DNA of 64,000 nucleotides, taken from positions 1,172,508-1,236,507 of the forward strand of contig NMRA01000023.1 in assembly GCA_002633005.1 (NCBI GenBank), given 5' to 3'. A model generated the notes under the pieces. The model ran no database searches and had not been told where the DNA came from. It saw only the letters and a program-made list of their open reading frames with translations. The stretch comes from Phoronis australis (Eukaryota; Animalia; Phoronida). Of this stretch, positions 13,149 to 25,724 are shown one piece after another (positions within the stretch are counted from its first letter, which is position 1; every line of letters starts with the position of its first letter). The translations under genes and the position numbers were made by a program.

Positions 13149-14881
13149 GTAAGTGATTCATACCATGATGTCATTGCCAGATTATCTAGTAAGCTAACTA
13201 CCTTAAAGTTAAGTGCCTGTACTCGTAGTGGCCCCTGGCTGACTGTGGCGACTGGGGTTGAGAAAACTTGCGTTTACCGGTAAAAGGTAAAAATGGCGGC
13301 GACTAGATGAGTGAAAATAACTGTCGGGAGGCAGGTCAAATTAACAGCTTTATCTTACCCGGGACTTCAGGAGGATTCCCCTGCAATAAAGCCCCCGTAG
13401 GGGATCTTTCGGAAACAAGGGCACAATAAGCTTTCGTGGGGGCTCTTTCGGAATCGTTTTGCCGGCATTGCTGGCACAGGGACAATGTATGGACAATGTG
13501 CCATTGCTTCCTCACTACTGGACCTCAAAAAGGATCGTTGAAATATTTCAAATTTATCAATGACCAGTCAATCTACGGAGACGTCGCCGATCTTCTCTTA
13601 CAGTAGCCAAACTTCCGATGAAGTGAAAAATGTGACGTGGTATTTTAAGCCAACCAAAGCTAGACAGAAGAAACAAATCACCGCCTCCGATGCTTTCACT
13701 ATTGAACTGGATTTTTTTAATCTCAACCCTCATTCAATTTGGACTCTCAGTTCAAGTCTAACGCAAAATGAGGAAGCTGTAGAAAGCTATACTAAAGACC
13801 CCGTCACTTTTTCTCCGAAAGAGCCCCCTGAGTGCTCTTTCGGAGACGCAAAATCATTTCTGGGGAAAATGGAAGTCTGCAAAAAGAGCCCTCTTTCGGA
13901 AATCCTTAGCATATTTCTCAAAGTTTAGCTTTGGGTCCTTAAAAATGTAATCCTGCACCGCATGTTAAGCCCGCAAAGTTTGGTGCGATGCATTACTGAA
14001 GTCTGTCGCCAGGGGTTTTATTCTACGTAATAGGTAGAGGAGTGCCTCAATGCGCGGCGTCCTACCGAGGTGCTTATAAAACCGTTCGGCCATCGTCTTT
14101 AGACGTACGCCACTGAATTGTCAATACCTCTGATTTTTTCATGTGAAAATGATTCAGAACTGCATTCAGTTAGTAGTGCAGCCACATAAACTAAAAACGG
14201 ATTAAGCCACTTTAACTTATAAAATTGATTTCCTAAAACTGGTTACGATGTCATCCAGAACATCTCGGGTATTTTCCTTAGCCTCAAACTTGTACTTGGA
14301 AGTGAATGTGATCAGCCCATGTGAGAACTCAAATCACGTGGCCAATCATTCTGCAGTCTGAAAGACACACGACGCACCGCATTACAGGAGTTCGCGCAAG
14401 CATAGATATCCTCGCTTCCGAGTTCGGTGTTCCGAACGCGGATGAGGGTGGTAATGTTCTTAAAACTCCAAAGCTATTGGGTTAAAACAGAAATCAACGT
14501 TTATAGCAGCGGGTGCCCCTTTAACATTATTTTTTTTTTTGGGCCGACCACCTCGAACAATTCAACTCACAACCAAAACGTAACATATGAATTTGAAAAC
14601 GGCTAACTTTCCATCGATAGCACACGCCATTTCTTTTATGTCGTTTTCCTGTTCTTGAGAGGAAGCAAGTGAATCTATTTGAGATTGGCAAATGACCTAA
14701 TAACACTAATCTGCGCTGTAGTCCATAATACCAGTTTCTTGCAAGGTCTCCTACGTCTTTGCGAGATATTGCCACGCATTACAAGTGAAGCATGCGATCC
14801 CAGTAGATTTTACGCCCTATTAAACGGGGCCCTGGTTTTTACAACATTTTGACTAAAGTTCATAAACTTTATCATTTCTAG

Positions 14882-15128
14882 ATTTTGCCGTCCATCCTAG
14901 AGTGGTTTCAATCATCCTCTTTTCCGTTGCTAACGTGCTGAGTTTCGCTCGAGTGGCGTATATGCTGCCCGCCAGCGAGAGTTTTGGTCAGCTCCAGATC
15001 TCGTACGGAAGGATGCTGCAAGATGTCGCCAAATTCATGTTTGTCTATGTTAGCGTTATGCTGGCATTTATGTGCGGTCTCACAAGTCTCTACAGCATGA
15101 ACAAGAACGAGAATGCTTTCTTTACAAA
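14882..15128 (+). CDS. TRPC: TRPC exon (S4, S4-S5 linker, S5)
   Basis: tctAG|DFAVHPRVVSIILFSVANVLSFAR...FGQLQISYGRMLQDVAKF...AFFT|GTAAGT; phase 1/2. Confidence 0.95.
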
Positions 15129-15581
15129 GTAAGTATATTTCTCAAAATCTTAGTACCCCTTCGCGTGCCAAAGGAAGAGACATAAGGTGCCGTGCGTTCC
15201 ATAGACGCAAGAACCACATGAGATGTCGCCATGCATGTATCAAAAAATTAAGCGAAGCACGTGAGATACAATTGCGTCTACGGAACACAACCCAGATTTT
15301 TATCCTCCCCTTCGAGAGTGCTTACGTCTTTACAGGCGTTCGTCTGCTGTTGGAAACTCCACTTGCGCAGACTACTTCGGCCTACCGTTGTATAACTGGC
15401 CTCAGTTGTTTCGCACTTGCATAAAAGTTTGTGATTAGGCCTACTTTTCTCTTCAAAATCATAACACACCTTTTCTTTTGAGGTAATTTCAGAAGTACAC
15501 TGAATTGCAGGGTATAGCATGTGCATTTGCAGGCGTAGATAACATATACATCATTTGCAGATCATTGTCGAACATTTTCAG

Positions 15582-15810
15582 TTTGCAAACTACCCTGGGC
15601 ACTCTCTTCTTCGCGGCCTTCGGCATGGGCGACAGTAATGCAGCGGTTATAAAGAGCCACGGCGGCCATTCGAGGCCAGAAGACAATGTGAATGATATGG
15701 TGGTACAATACACAGGAACTGCACTGTATGGCGTATATATCATTGGCGCTGTTGTCGTGTTAGTGAACATGTTGATTGCTATGATGAGCAACACGTTTGA
15801 AGAAATCAGG
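15582..15810 (+). CDS. TRPC: TRPC exon (pore helix, filter, S6)
   Basis: ttcAG|NLQTTLGTLFFAAFGMG...LYGVY...VNMLIAMMSNTFEEIR|GTAAAT; phase 2/0. Confidence 0.95.
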
Positions 15811-16385
15811 GTAAATTGATTTATCATTACCTTTTGTTTGAGAAACGCAGATCCTGCAACACGTCAGCGCGCACATCTTGAGGCAAAAAACAAGATGTGC
15901 TATCTAAATCTTACAAAGTAACTCGTTTGTGTTGCGTTGTTGACCAATATTTCGAAATAAGCTCAGGCCAGGTTGTGTTTTTTTAGTCTTAATTGCATTG
16001 TCACCAGTTTCGCGGCGATGTTATGGCATTTTTCGACCATGCAGTGATATTCCCATTATATTTTTATCGTGTTTTAATGAAAATGGTTGTGATATGGCAT
16101 CGCAGGCTTTCAGCTGAGACCAGATGCTTGTGACCTTGACTTCTAAGTGAAAGGTTCAAGGTTAAACATTCTCAAATGACGATTTGATTGAGCACTCACC
16201 AGCAGTGCCTACTCTGTACACACACAATAAACAGACTATAAATTTGATCCGTCAACGTGTAAGCGGCGGCTGCGGCAAAAAGTCGCTACAATTCGGTTCT
16301 GGTTTTGAGTTAACTAAAGCCCCTGTGTTAGCCAAAGAGTGTCACACCTTCATCAAAACGATACTTGTATGTGATCTTCTTTAAT

Positions 16386-16572
16386 TGCGATGAATACTTT
16401 CTGTCATTCAGTTGGCTATGTAGAAAAATAAATCAATTACTGGACTTACGGTTTATTGAGTTGGCTACGTTACGTCGTCCTCTCCTCTGGCCTGCTGAAG
16501 TCCTCGAGGGGAGGACGCAACGTAGCCATCTCAATAAACCGTAATTCCAGTAATTGATTTATTTTTCTACAA
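16386..16572 (+). mobile_element. Small fold-back insertion (Penelope pLTR-like) with variant hammerhead motif
   Basis: Inverted repeat of ~65 bp (16420-16487 vs 16506-16570). Flanked by the 12-bp direct repeat ATCTTCTTTAAT at 16374-16385 and 16573-16584. AATAAA follows the ribozyme-like core. Confidence 0.65.
16488..16528 (+). ncRNA. Minimal type I hammerhead-like ribozyme motif with A6C/A13C core changes
   Basis: TGGC-CTGCTGA-A-GTCCTC(gaggg)GAGGAC-GCAA-C-GTA-GCCA: stem I TGGC/GCCA, 6-bp stem II, GUA triplet. Confidence 0.55.
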
Positions 16573-16584
16573 ATCTTCTTTAAT

Positions 16585-19500
16585 GGGGCTATTCGGAGAA
16601 TTCTCCTCGCGGTGTCGCTGCTGTACTAGTGGTGATTGAATTGCGCATGCGTCGCTGTCTGCATGTAAACAGCTGGTAAAAACGCAGATTGTCATCAAAA
16701 TACGGCGTCGCGCAAAGCCTTATTATTGCTATTTTCCTTGGTGCAAGTCTTTGACAGGTGGTCACAAATTACCAAAAGACCTATGATTACTACATTCGTG
16801 GAGCATTGTGGTCAAAAGGGTCAACCAACTGAAAAAAAGTGTGTGGATGCCGAATCCCCTTTGGGAGACTACATAACGTAACTTGGTAAGTTTTTAGCAA
16901 TCAAGTTTCTATCGACATCGTTCGGTGATGTTATCCCCACCAGTTACTCCACTGAATAACGGGTTTATTGAATGGAACTAAGTGTTTCATTTCGGAAACT
17001 CACCCAGGACGCGGATGCCGGGTAGGCTAGCAGCACATATTCACATATTGTCCTCAAGGAGTGGGAATGCGCCCAATATAAGAGGTGTATGGTGCGTGAC
17101 GCTCAGAAGTCAAGGGTGACTTTTTCACAGCAGTTTCTCTTCAAAGCTATGCTATGTCCAATAAAATTCTTTAGACGAGTGAGTTTCCTTATTTTATGGC
17201 GGACTCCACCCCCAGGACTACTAGATTAGTTACTGACTTAACATGAATAAGCTATTCAGTAAACGTCATAACATTGCACTGGAATAAAAATTGACACCTA
17301 GAATGAGTTTTACTTGTTGAGGTCAAATGCAAATTTTAGGTGTCGTGAAAAATACACATTATTAAATCACTTTTAGCCTGTTTCACATAGTTTAATTCAG
17401 ATCTTAAATAAGACTTGTGTACACAGATTATTATTTTCTAAATATAAACGTGAAGATGAAACGTCAAGTATGTTCTGCCTTACTAAAGTAGTTTTGTCTT
17501 GTGTTTTCTTTATAATTTGTTAATATTTCTCTGACTATTCTGTTACAGGTGAGAGAAAACGACTGAAACCAGCCGCCTGACCTTCTATTTTACCATTGGA
17601 CAAAGTGAAAAGCAATCCTTCAGTATTAACCTGAGAGAATTGAACATAATTCAGAAATTTAGCCCTTGATATGCCTGATTATGGACTCCATTGCGTGGGA
17701 AAATTACAATTGTTTTTAACAATGTTGTTTCCGTTTACGTGCTTTTCTTGCATGTGGAACTTTTGTTGAGGACAAGTTAACACAAAACTTATAATTGTCA
17801 AAGGCCTTCTTAAGAAAACTCTAAAATAATTACACACAAACAAATCAAATACAAAGAAAGGGAATACTTCATTTTGATCGCTGCACATTTCTAGAGGTCA
17901 ACAGGAAAACGACAATGCGCAAGCGAAATCGCTAATCATTTCAGCTTTATAAAAAATAAGCACAACTGCACTGTGTGGGGCTTTAAAACTGAGGAAATAT
18001 TGTGGTTTCTATAATTAGTGACAAACTTGCCTGTTGATGAAAAATTTATTCGATCATCAAAGTGTAACATTAACGGGATTTCTACTGACAATAAGACAAT
18101 CGATGCAGTCACTGAATGTCATTTCCCCATAATGTGTAGGGCCTACCAAATTGAAAAGTTTTTACCATTAATGTAAAGTCTTTCTTCTGAAAGGAAAAGT
18201 TAATGTCACTCAGTGAGAAAGGACAGGTACTTGTACCAGATGCTTTTGGTTTTCATTTCACAAAGATCTAGTTTCAATAGCCTATAGAAGCGCTTGTAAA
18301 AAGGTCCAGTTTCGACACGTGGCTTTCCTCCAGGTAACCTCATTCAGCCTCATCTAGATTCTTGAAGGTAAACACAACAGCATATCACTTGACCCGTTTT
18401 GTGCCCAAAATCTGATCTGGAACTAGACCAGAGTGTCACTACGGCTTCTTTAGCTTCAATCCAGCATGTTTCTTCCAGGAAAGGAAGTAAGCTATTGTCC
18501 ACACATGACTTATTGACTATGAAAGGCCATCCTCACCAACGAGACTGACTTGTATAGCAGTCAGATATAGTTCCTCTTCATACATGCACGAGCACCCAGC
18601 CTTCAATATGGGGGGCTCGATTTCCTGACTTTTGTGGACCTTTTGGTTACAAAAAAGCGGGCGGACTAGAAAAAAAAAACGGGGGCACCACTGTGAATTG
18701 CGCGTTTGCGCATGTTTAATGGACTTATGCCAAATTTTCTCGGACTTTTTGTCTCTCTGAGGCGGATCTTTTGGCCCACTTCGTTCGAGCCCCCCTGGGT
18801 GCGCGGCTGTCATACACAAACAACACGTTGTCTTATGGTAACTTCGTACTGCGATTCACATTTCACCAGGGCCACTGACATGTACATTGTGCCATGCAGC
18901 ACTAATGGTGTGTGGAAATGCTGTGGGAAAAGAAAGGAGTAACAAAGCTTGTTCGTTGTCTCCGATGAAGAAAGTAGGCTTTAACAACAGATCTACACTG
19001 GATGGGAAGATCTTGCTGGTTAGCTGCAGTCTACTGCTTAAAACAAATTTTTGTCCATTCAGTGCCGATGCAGAAGCGATGCATATCTCCTCTGCACGGT
19101 ACAAGCCCTCAAACCTATAAACCAAAGGTCACGTGAAAACACACATGATAGATTTTCATTTTAACTTGTAATAACTTTCCGGAAGACATAGGATAGGGAG
19201 TAAACAAGTAGCCTAATGGATATTTACGTACCCTTTGCCTTGGCATTGGGCTTGGATTGTAATCTCACTAACCAATATCGAGTTAAACATTCGGCATTCA
19301 TTGATGTAACTGTCACTGATAAACCTGTTAGAAATCATTCCAAACAATAATACTGCTTTGATATACGAAAACATCCCGAGTGCCACATCAAGTATCGTAA
19401 CAAGCATCACAACAAACAAAGATTAATCTGACTGGCGACTGCCGCGAAGTCGACATCGGCCAGTATCTCAGTTAACAGGCATCAATGGAATAAACATGGC

Positions 19501-19714
19501 ACAATCGATAAAATAATCACAAACCTTACCTTTGTATAAGGTCGTGCTTAATTTCTCTCATAGAAGCACCCTTTTTACGCAATCTCAGATTCAGTTGTCA
19601 CGCCTACAAGCCATTTCACCATGTATTTAAAGGACTCGCGAAATCGAGGCTGTTAATCTATCACCACTAGTACACGCGCGCCCTCTAGTTAATGTAAATT
19701 TTCCGAATAGCCCC
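16585..19714. mobile_element. Non-autonomous/degenerate DNA transposon with GGGGCTATTCGG TIRs and AT TSD (ISL2EU/PIF-Harbinger-like)
   Basis: Left end GGGGCTATTCGGAGAATT and right end AATTTTCCGAATAGCCCC are inverted; AT lies on both flanks (16583-16584, 19715-19716). Superfamily is inferred from the TIR/TSD style only. Confidence 0.7.
18583..18809. mobile_element. MITE nested in the ISL2EU-like element, 5-bp TSD
   Basis: Ends CATGCACGAGCACCCAG / CTGGGTGCGCGGCTG; TSD TCATA at 18578-18582 and 18810-18814; internal G/C runs. Confidence 0.65.
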
Positions 19715-19963
19715 ATTTGTGTCTGATGTCAGTAGCGTGTCCAACATTTGCGAGGTGACGATAAGAGCGGAAAGTCGGGTGGGATACGCCATTGATCCCG
19801 TGTAACTATGAAGTTTTCTTTTATAAATCTCTAGACTATCTCTTAATGTATCTGCCAATCAAACTAGATGAACATTATTTACAACTCTGTGAATGACTCA
19901 CTAAGTCGTAATATCCATAATTGAAGCTTCTAATTTGTGTTTTTGTTCCAAATTCTTGTTAAG

Positions 19964-20131
19964 GATGACGAGGATGTCGAATGGAAGTTTGCGCGTGCAC
20001 GCCTATGGCTGTCTTACCTAGAACGCGGAAACACTCTGCCGGTACCATTTAACGTGATACCAACACCGAAGTCCATATGCAGACTGATAATTGACATGAA
20101 GGACAGTGTTTGCGGAACATGTCGAAAAAAG
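19964..20131 (+). CDS. TRPC: TRPC exon (TRP box)
   Basis: ttaAG|[37 protein letters not shown]...CRKK|GTATTC; phase 0/0. Confidence 0.96.
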
Positions 20132-20775
20132 GTATTCTTTACACTCAAAGCAGATCTCGGCTACCAGGCACGCACTGAGTGCGTTTTGCTTCAGTCCTTT
20201 CTGTTGCTGCAGATGAACCACTGTCAGTTGAACTCGAAAAATTCTCGTAAGATGTTTAGTCATTGTCATTTATCCAGGTGAAATACTGGCCACGTTGAAC
20301 ACAGGGACTATTTTATGAAAAGAAGCCCTGGAATAAGTGAGGCATTTTAACGAGATCAAATACAGCAAACGCTTGTAAAAGTCCAAGTTAAAACACGGGG
20401 ACTCACATTACGCGAAAGATATGATGTAACTGCTTGAATACTTTAGCGGAAAATTTCCCTTTTTCGGGATTTATTACAACACTGTCCACAACTTCAGTTA
20501 TTTGCTGTCGAATATGAAATGGTTGATACGATTTGCACTCATTTGTGATTCCTGAATTAAACTTCCGAGTTGTGAATTACGAGATCCAGTGTTGAGTTGC
20601 TTTGTGAAAACGTGCAATGAAATTGCAGCCTCCTAGTCAGACTAGGGTGTTGATCAGTTCTTTTTCTGATGAATCACAACATAAGACCGTACGGTACAAT
20701 TATACTTAGTTGTGTAGTTGCCGCATGGTGTAGTGTTGCTCATTTCCTTTGTGTCAAAGTTATGCTTTATTTCAG

Positions 20776-20823
20776 AAAACGTTCGGTTTTGAAAATGGAT
20801 TTTCGGAAAAAAGTGACACCATG
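20776..20823 (+). CDS. Candidate 48-nt in-frame TRPC micro-exon (KTFGFENGFSEKSDTM)
   Basis: Pyrimidine tract tatgctttatttcAG, donor ATG|GTAAAA, phase 0/0 and no stop. No homology support. Confidence 0.35.
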
Positions 20824-21553
20824 GTAAAATCAAAGTATAAGGTAAAGTTAAAAGGTGACTGGTCGCTTTTCCGATACATGAAATTAGAATAGACTGTTTA
20901 TTCCGTATTTGTTGTGCATTTTTCACAATTCAGTAAAACGAACGAACATCGTAGGTGATCGGTACGCCAGTAAACAATGAGTACCTCAATGTAGAATTTA
21001 AATTTTCGCCGCAGTTTCTTTATTTTTCATTTCCGTGAATTGTTCAAACGACATTGCAACGTTGAGCTTCGTTACACAAACTCCACAGAACAAAAATATT
21101 GGGGTTCGGTGTGAACGTGGCTTTAACCAGTGGTTCTCGCCAGAACAGCAACACAAACATTTAAACAATTCTTTTACTTAGTTTTAATTTTTGCTAAATG
21201 GTAATTTTCCCCATAACTAGCCTGTTAAATGTTGTGATTATCTACACAGGGTTACTAAACAGTTACTTTTAATCAAAAATAATCTATCCTAAGTTTCCAT
21301 GAGTGGAGACCACAAAACAAGTTTCGTCACCAGAAAGACATCTCTAAAATACCCCTGTAACATATCTTATGTTGGCAGCCTTGGATGTGTTGGTGTTTTT
21401 GCTAACTTCTACAAAAGGAACTTCCATGTATTCCACTAAATCTTTTCCACAAGTTAAAGATACTGTTTTCTTTACATTTGCCAATTTAGATCACGCGATT
21501 GTTTTCGTCAGTCCGACAGATGTCACTAAATGAACGAGTCAATTTATGTCAAA

Positions 21554-24500
21554 TAGCCACCCAACCCACAACAAATTGCAACAAAAGGTTTTACAGTGGT
21601 TTTGTGTTCTACTGTGTATACTTATTAACAGGAAAAAAGTCTACCAAAATCTGACCACCGGAAATGGGTTAAAACTGCGTCAATTCCAAGATGGCCACCA
21701 TGACGTTTCAAAATCACCAAAAATAGATATAATTTCTTCAGTAAGTGAGACAGAGACGTAATTTTTTTGTTCTAATCTATGGTTTTGAAGGGTGAGCTGC
21801 TCGCTGGTGTGGTTAAAATTAAGATATGATCAGTATTTGATCTGAAATTTAAGATGGCGGCTAAAATTCAAGAACGAAAAATGACTGATGTATTTATTAT
21901 ATCGAGTGGTCAAAGAAACGTTTCGAACTTTAACCTTTATATTTCCAAAAAACATTCATTGAAATTGCACATATGCATATAAATCTATTGTCTGTACACC
22001 ATAAAAATATAATGATATACTGTGTTTTCGCCCCAAGACAGAAAAGATACTTTTATAACCCAAAAGTCAATGCCAAATTAGCCTACATAATTATACATAA
22101 TTATCAAGGATGGTGACACTTAGCAATAAATTTATTCAGAAGTATGTTTTCAAGTTTTTTGTTATAGTCAGTTGGGTGCTACATTTTGCAAAGTCATGGT
22201 GTTTTCAAGTCCTGAGAACAAGCTAATTAGGGTTAATTACAACATGTTTTACACAAAGTCCTAACTGCAATCTAATGAACTACAGTGTTTAGAATGCACT
22301 GACAGAGAAAGTGTACCAACGTATAGGTTGTTTTATGCTCAATAACTTAAGCCTGCAAAATTCCCCTTTACTAAAAGGCATCTGTCAGTATCAAAATGAC
22401 TGAACAACAGGTGCTAATAAAGTATTCATTCATCGACATGACGCATGAACGAGTAGGTTACATTTTCATCCAAGAATGTTATGTTCATTACACGTATGCA
22501 TACTGCCTCAGGCCAACCCTCATCTATGTCTTTACTTTCCTCAGAAATTTGATTTATTGGATTGTCACAGTATGTCACTAGGCACAATCTACATGTAGAT
22601 GAACATGCAAGCCCATTCTTTCTGCAACTGCACCGGGGCGTGCCACCAGCTGTAGTACGGTTACAGTGCATCATCTAGAGGAGTGTCTGGTGCAGCATTC
22701 ATGGCAGTTATGATGTGTACGAATTGATTGCCTTCAAGTCTCCAGCTCCAGTCTAAAGGATCCCGATCATTTGCCATCCCCATCCAAACCATGACTTGGT
22801 AGTGCACTTGAGGCAATGAAACCTGGTGACTGATTCCGTTGGTGGAAGACGTTCGGGAGTAGCAAAAGACTTAGCAGCAACAAGCTTCTTTGTGAATATG
22901 TTGTAATGCACCGTAAACCAAAGAACACGTGCTCTCTCCACCAAACATCGCACCATCGCTTGGCTGCCAAGTTTCTCTCAGCGGGGCTCACACCTTTCGT
23001 GGTGACTGTGTCTGCGCATGACTGGAGGACTTGGTCATCTTTCACGAGTTCCTGAGAGGCTGAAATCATTCCAACGCCATATACACGAGACGTTGTGTTG
23101 CATCCTGTGAAGGAAGGCAGGAATAGTAGCTGGGTACACAATTTAATCCTGAGCACACACCTCATCCAATTTATGTCGTATACTTTCAGATTGGTTCTTG
23201 ACTTGTAGCCATATCTGAAACATAGTGGTTTCCTGTCAGCCATACAGTAATGGAGCATAAGCATCAACATGTCAGTGTCCTCGCCGATTACTGTGGTGGA
23301 ATGCATATTATACTCTTTACTGCTGTCTTTGCAATGTCTACATCAGCGTCCCCTTCTGCCTGAACGGCTGTGCATCCCACTTTCTGCAGCTGGTCACTTA
23401 TTAAGGCGATCAGTTGTTGCTTGTTACTGCCAGTGGATAGGAATTCATTTCTCTTAATCATCAAATTCCGTTTCTCCGGTGAAGTTCACAGACGGATAGC
23501 TGCTTGTCTTTCTCCGTCTCTGTGTTATCCTTTATCGAATGACCTGAACCATGACCATCAAAGACAACAGTGGCTGCCTCATAGTGCTTTGCCATGAAGT
23601 CAGCGTATGCTCCAACAATTTTTCCATAGGTACATCTCCCCCCTCAAGCGCATACCTTTCAGTCTGGAGACGTACTGAAGGTGCGGAGTTTGGTGCTCCT
23701 TCAAAAGCATGGGCCTTGGAACAGCGGTCTGCCAGCCTTCTTCAACATCAGGTTGTCCTCATAGAGAGACTGTGGATGTGGACTGAGCTCAAAACTCACA
23801 ACTTCCTCAAGAGACGGGTCGTCTTACCGGTATACCACCAGGGATGACTGGAAGAGTAAGAGAGGATCGATGGTTCCGTCAGGACCAACCTGGACTGCAG
23901 CTGAATCTCCCAGGGTCTTAGCATTTTCTCTTCTCTTAAAAGAGAAAGAAAACACAGGTTGTCGAACCATTCTCTCAATGATTTTGTTCCCAACAGATTG
24001 ATATCCATGCACGTTGACATCTGCGTTGGCGACAACACCATTGATGACATTGCGTAGAACAGGGTCTGAGGCGAAGGGTGAAATTGCAGTCAGCTTTGTG
24101 CTTATCTTTGCAAAGTCGAATGTATCTCTTTCAATTCTGGCAGCAGTTGCTTCTTTATGTTGTGCGCTTGCTCTGTACGTGAGGTCATTGGAGTCCATCA
24201 AGGTGATGCTCACCAATGACGTTACGGTGACCAACATTGTCCACAGTGCTCGCTGCTCTTCTGTTATGTTACTGCCATGAGTCAAGCCGCCTGTTTCTTT
24301 TAGCGATAGCATTTAGTAATTTTTCTCAATGGCTAGATCACAGCTGAGGCCTGTCCAAAACTGGTTTGTTCGTCGAATCATACGAAAGCCATTTTTGAAA
24401 CTTCGCATACACATCTGGGTGTTTGCTCTCCATATCAGCCATTTCTTGTGTGTAGAGGTAAGCAGATTTCAGATAGTTGTGGTGTCCCGCTGCAGCAAAT

Positions 24501-24972
24501 ATTGACAAGGCATCACTAACAGCTGGCAAGTGATCATCCAAGACCGAGTGCGATCTGCCTTGATCATTGCCTGAGCAGTATGGAACATCTTCAGACCAGC
24601 CACAGACTTCTCATGATCTGCAGAGTTGCGGCTGATTGTGGGACACTTCAGACAGATGTTGACATTTTGCCCTGGGCTTCTAGTTTCCTTGTGTGTTTTT
24701 AAATAAAAACCAGTGGCAAGCAAATATACACTAGACAAATTTTGTTACTTTTATGCAAGCCAATGCTTTGGATTAAATATCAAATATTAATGCAGTGTTC
24801 ATATTTTAAAATAGTTCAGTCAGAATTCAGTCAAATCTAAATGTTTTAAGATCATTCAATCAGAAACCGGTCATATCTAATCATACATTCGTTATAATTG
24901 ATGAAGGACAAATCTGTGATTACTGTTCTGGAATTTTTCCCGCTATCTTGAATTTGATATCAAATACTAATC
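21554..24972 (-). mobile_element. Second, unrelated AcademX transposon relic (frameshifted transposase-XPG nuclease-Cys8) in a TRPC intron
   Basis: Collinear minus-strand fragments: FAAAGHHNYLKSAYLY, SLKETGGLTHG (Academ-type transposase), VIGEDTDML and SFTGCNTTSRVYGVG (XPG/FEN1-like), ERLPPTE..FH, CSCRKNGLACSSTCRLC. Subterminal inverted repeat 21828-21875 vs 24925-24972. Outer boundaries are approximate. Confidence 0.8.
22426..24600 (-). pseudogene. Disrupted AcademX transposase/XPG-domain ORF
   Basis: ORF-track pieces 24338-24541, 23824-24312, 22767-23306, 22753-22956 and 22426-22674 follow the expected domain order, broken by frameshifts and stops. Confidence 0.8.
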
Positions 24973-25724
24973 CTATTACTTTTTTATGTTTTCTTAAAAT
25001 TGGGCGGAGTCTCCGCGGAAACCTTGTTACATATGGCGGCGGTTGAGTAAGTACCTATAATGCATGAGGCAGCTGTCAATCACTACGACAGCCATTTTGA
25101 GTGGTGGTGGTGCACCACCAAAACCAAATTAAAATCAAACTAAAAAATTCAAGTTTGAAAATATTAGGAGTTGTGTCGTGGCTGAATTATTAACTGGACT
25201 AGTTTGCATTACAATCAGTTTGATAAGTTTTTAAATGAAATGAAACGGAAAGAGTATCGTTTAGACTATGTTCTGAACGTTTTGATTTTTTTGGGGTTTT
25301 GTCCCCTTGACATGGCAGTATGATAAGAGTAACAGGCAAGTTTGCGAAATGTTCTGTGTTGATGTAACGTACGGAACGATCTACACAAAGGTCTGTCGAT
25401 TTTAGGCAAAATGACTTTCGGCTGAAGTAAAAAAGTGTCTTACAGTGTACGCTTTACGCAATTAGTTCCTAAAAATGATTTGACATCACTTCAGCTACAC
25501 TAAAAAGGTACAGAATTAAAACAAAGTCTTCTAGACAGGAAATCATGTTGATAAATATCCACCGTGTTTTTATTGACCTAACTAACTGCCTCCACACCAA
25601 AATGCTTTCATTCTTTAAAATGATTTTCAGCTAATGTCGACTGTGGGGTTCCAGAATCTTAGCCTCGCTTGCAAGTATGACACGATAGAGCGCCTTAGTT
25701 AGACGTTTTAATTTTTCATTCCAG

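Noticed and set aside
13560-13928. 122-aa ORF as an extra TRPC exon or nested gene
   Set aside because: The flanking TRPC exons join in phase without it, it shows no recognisable motif, and it lies in a repeat-like region with recurring CTCTTTCGGA.
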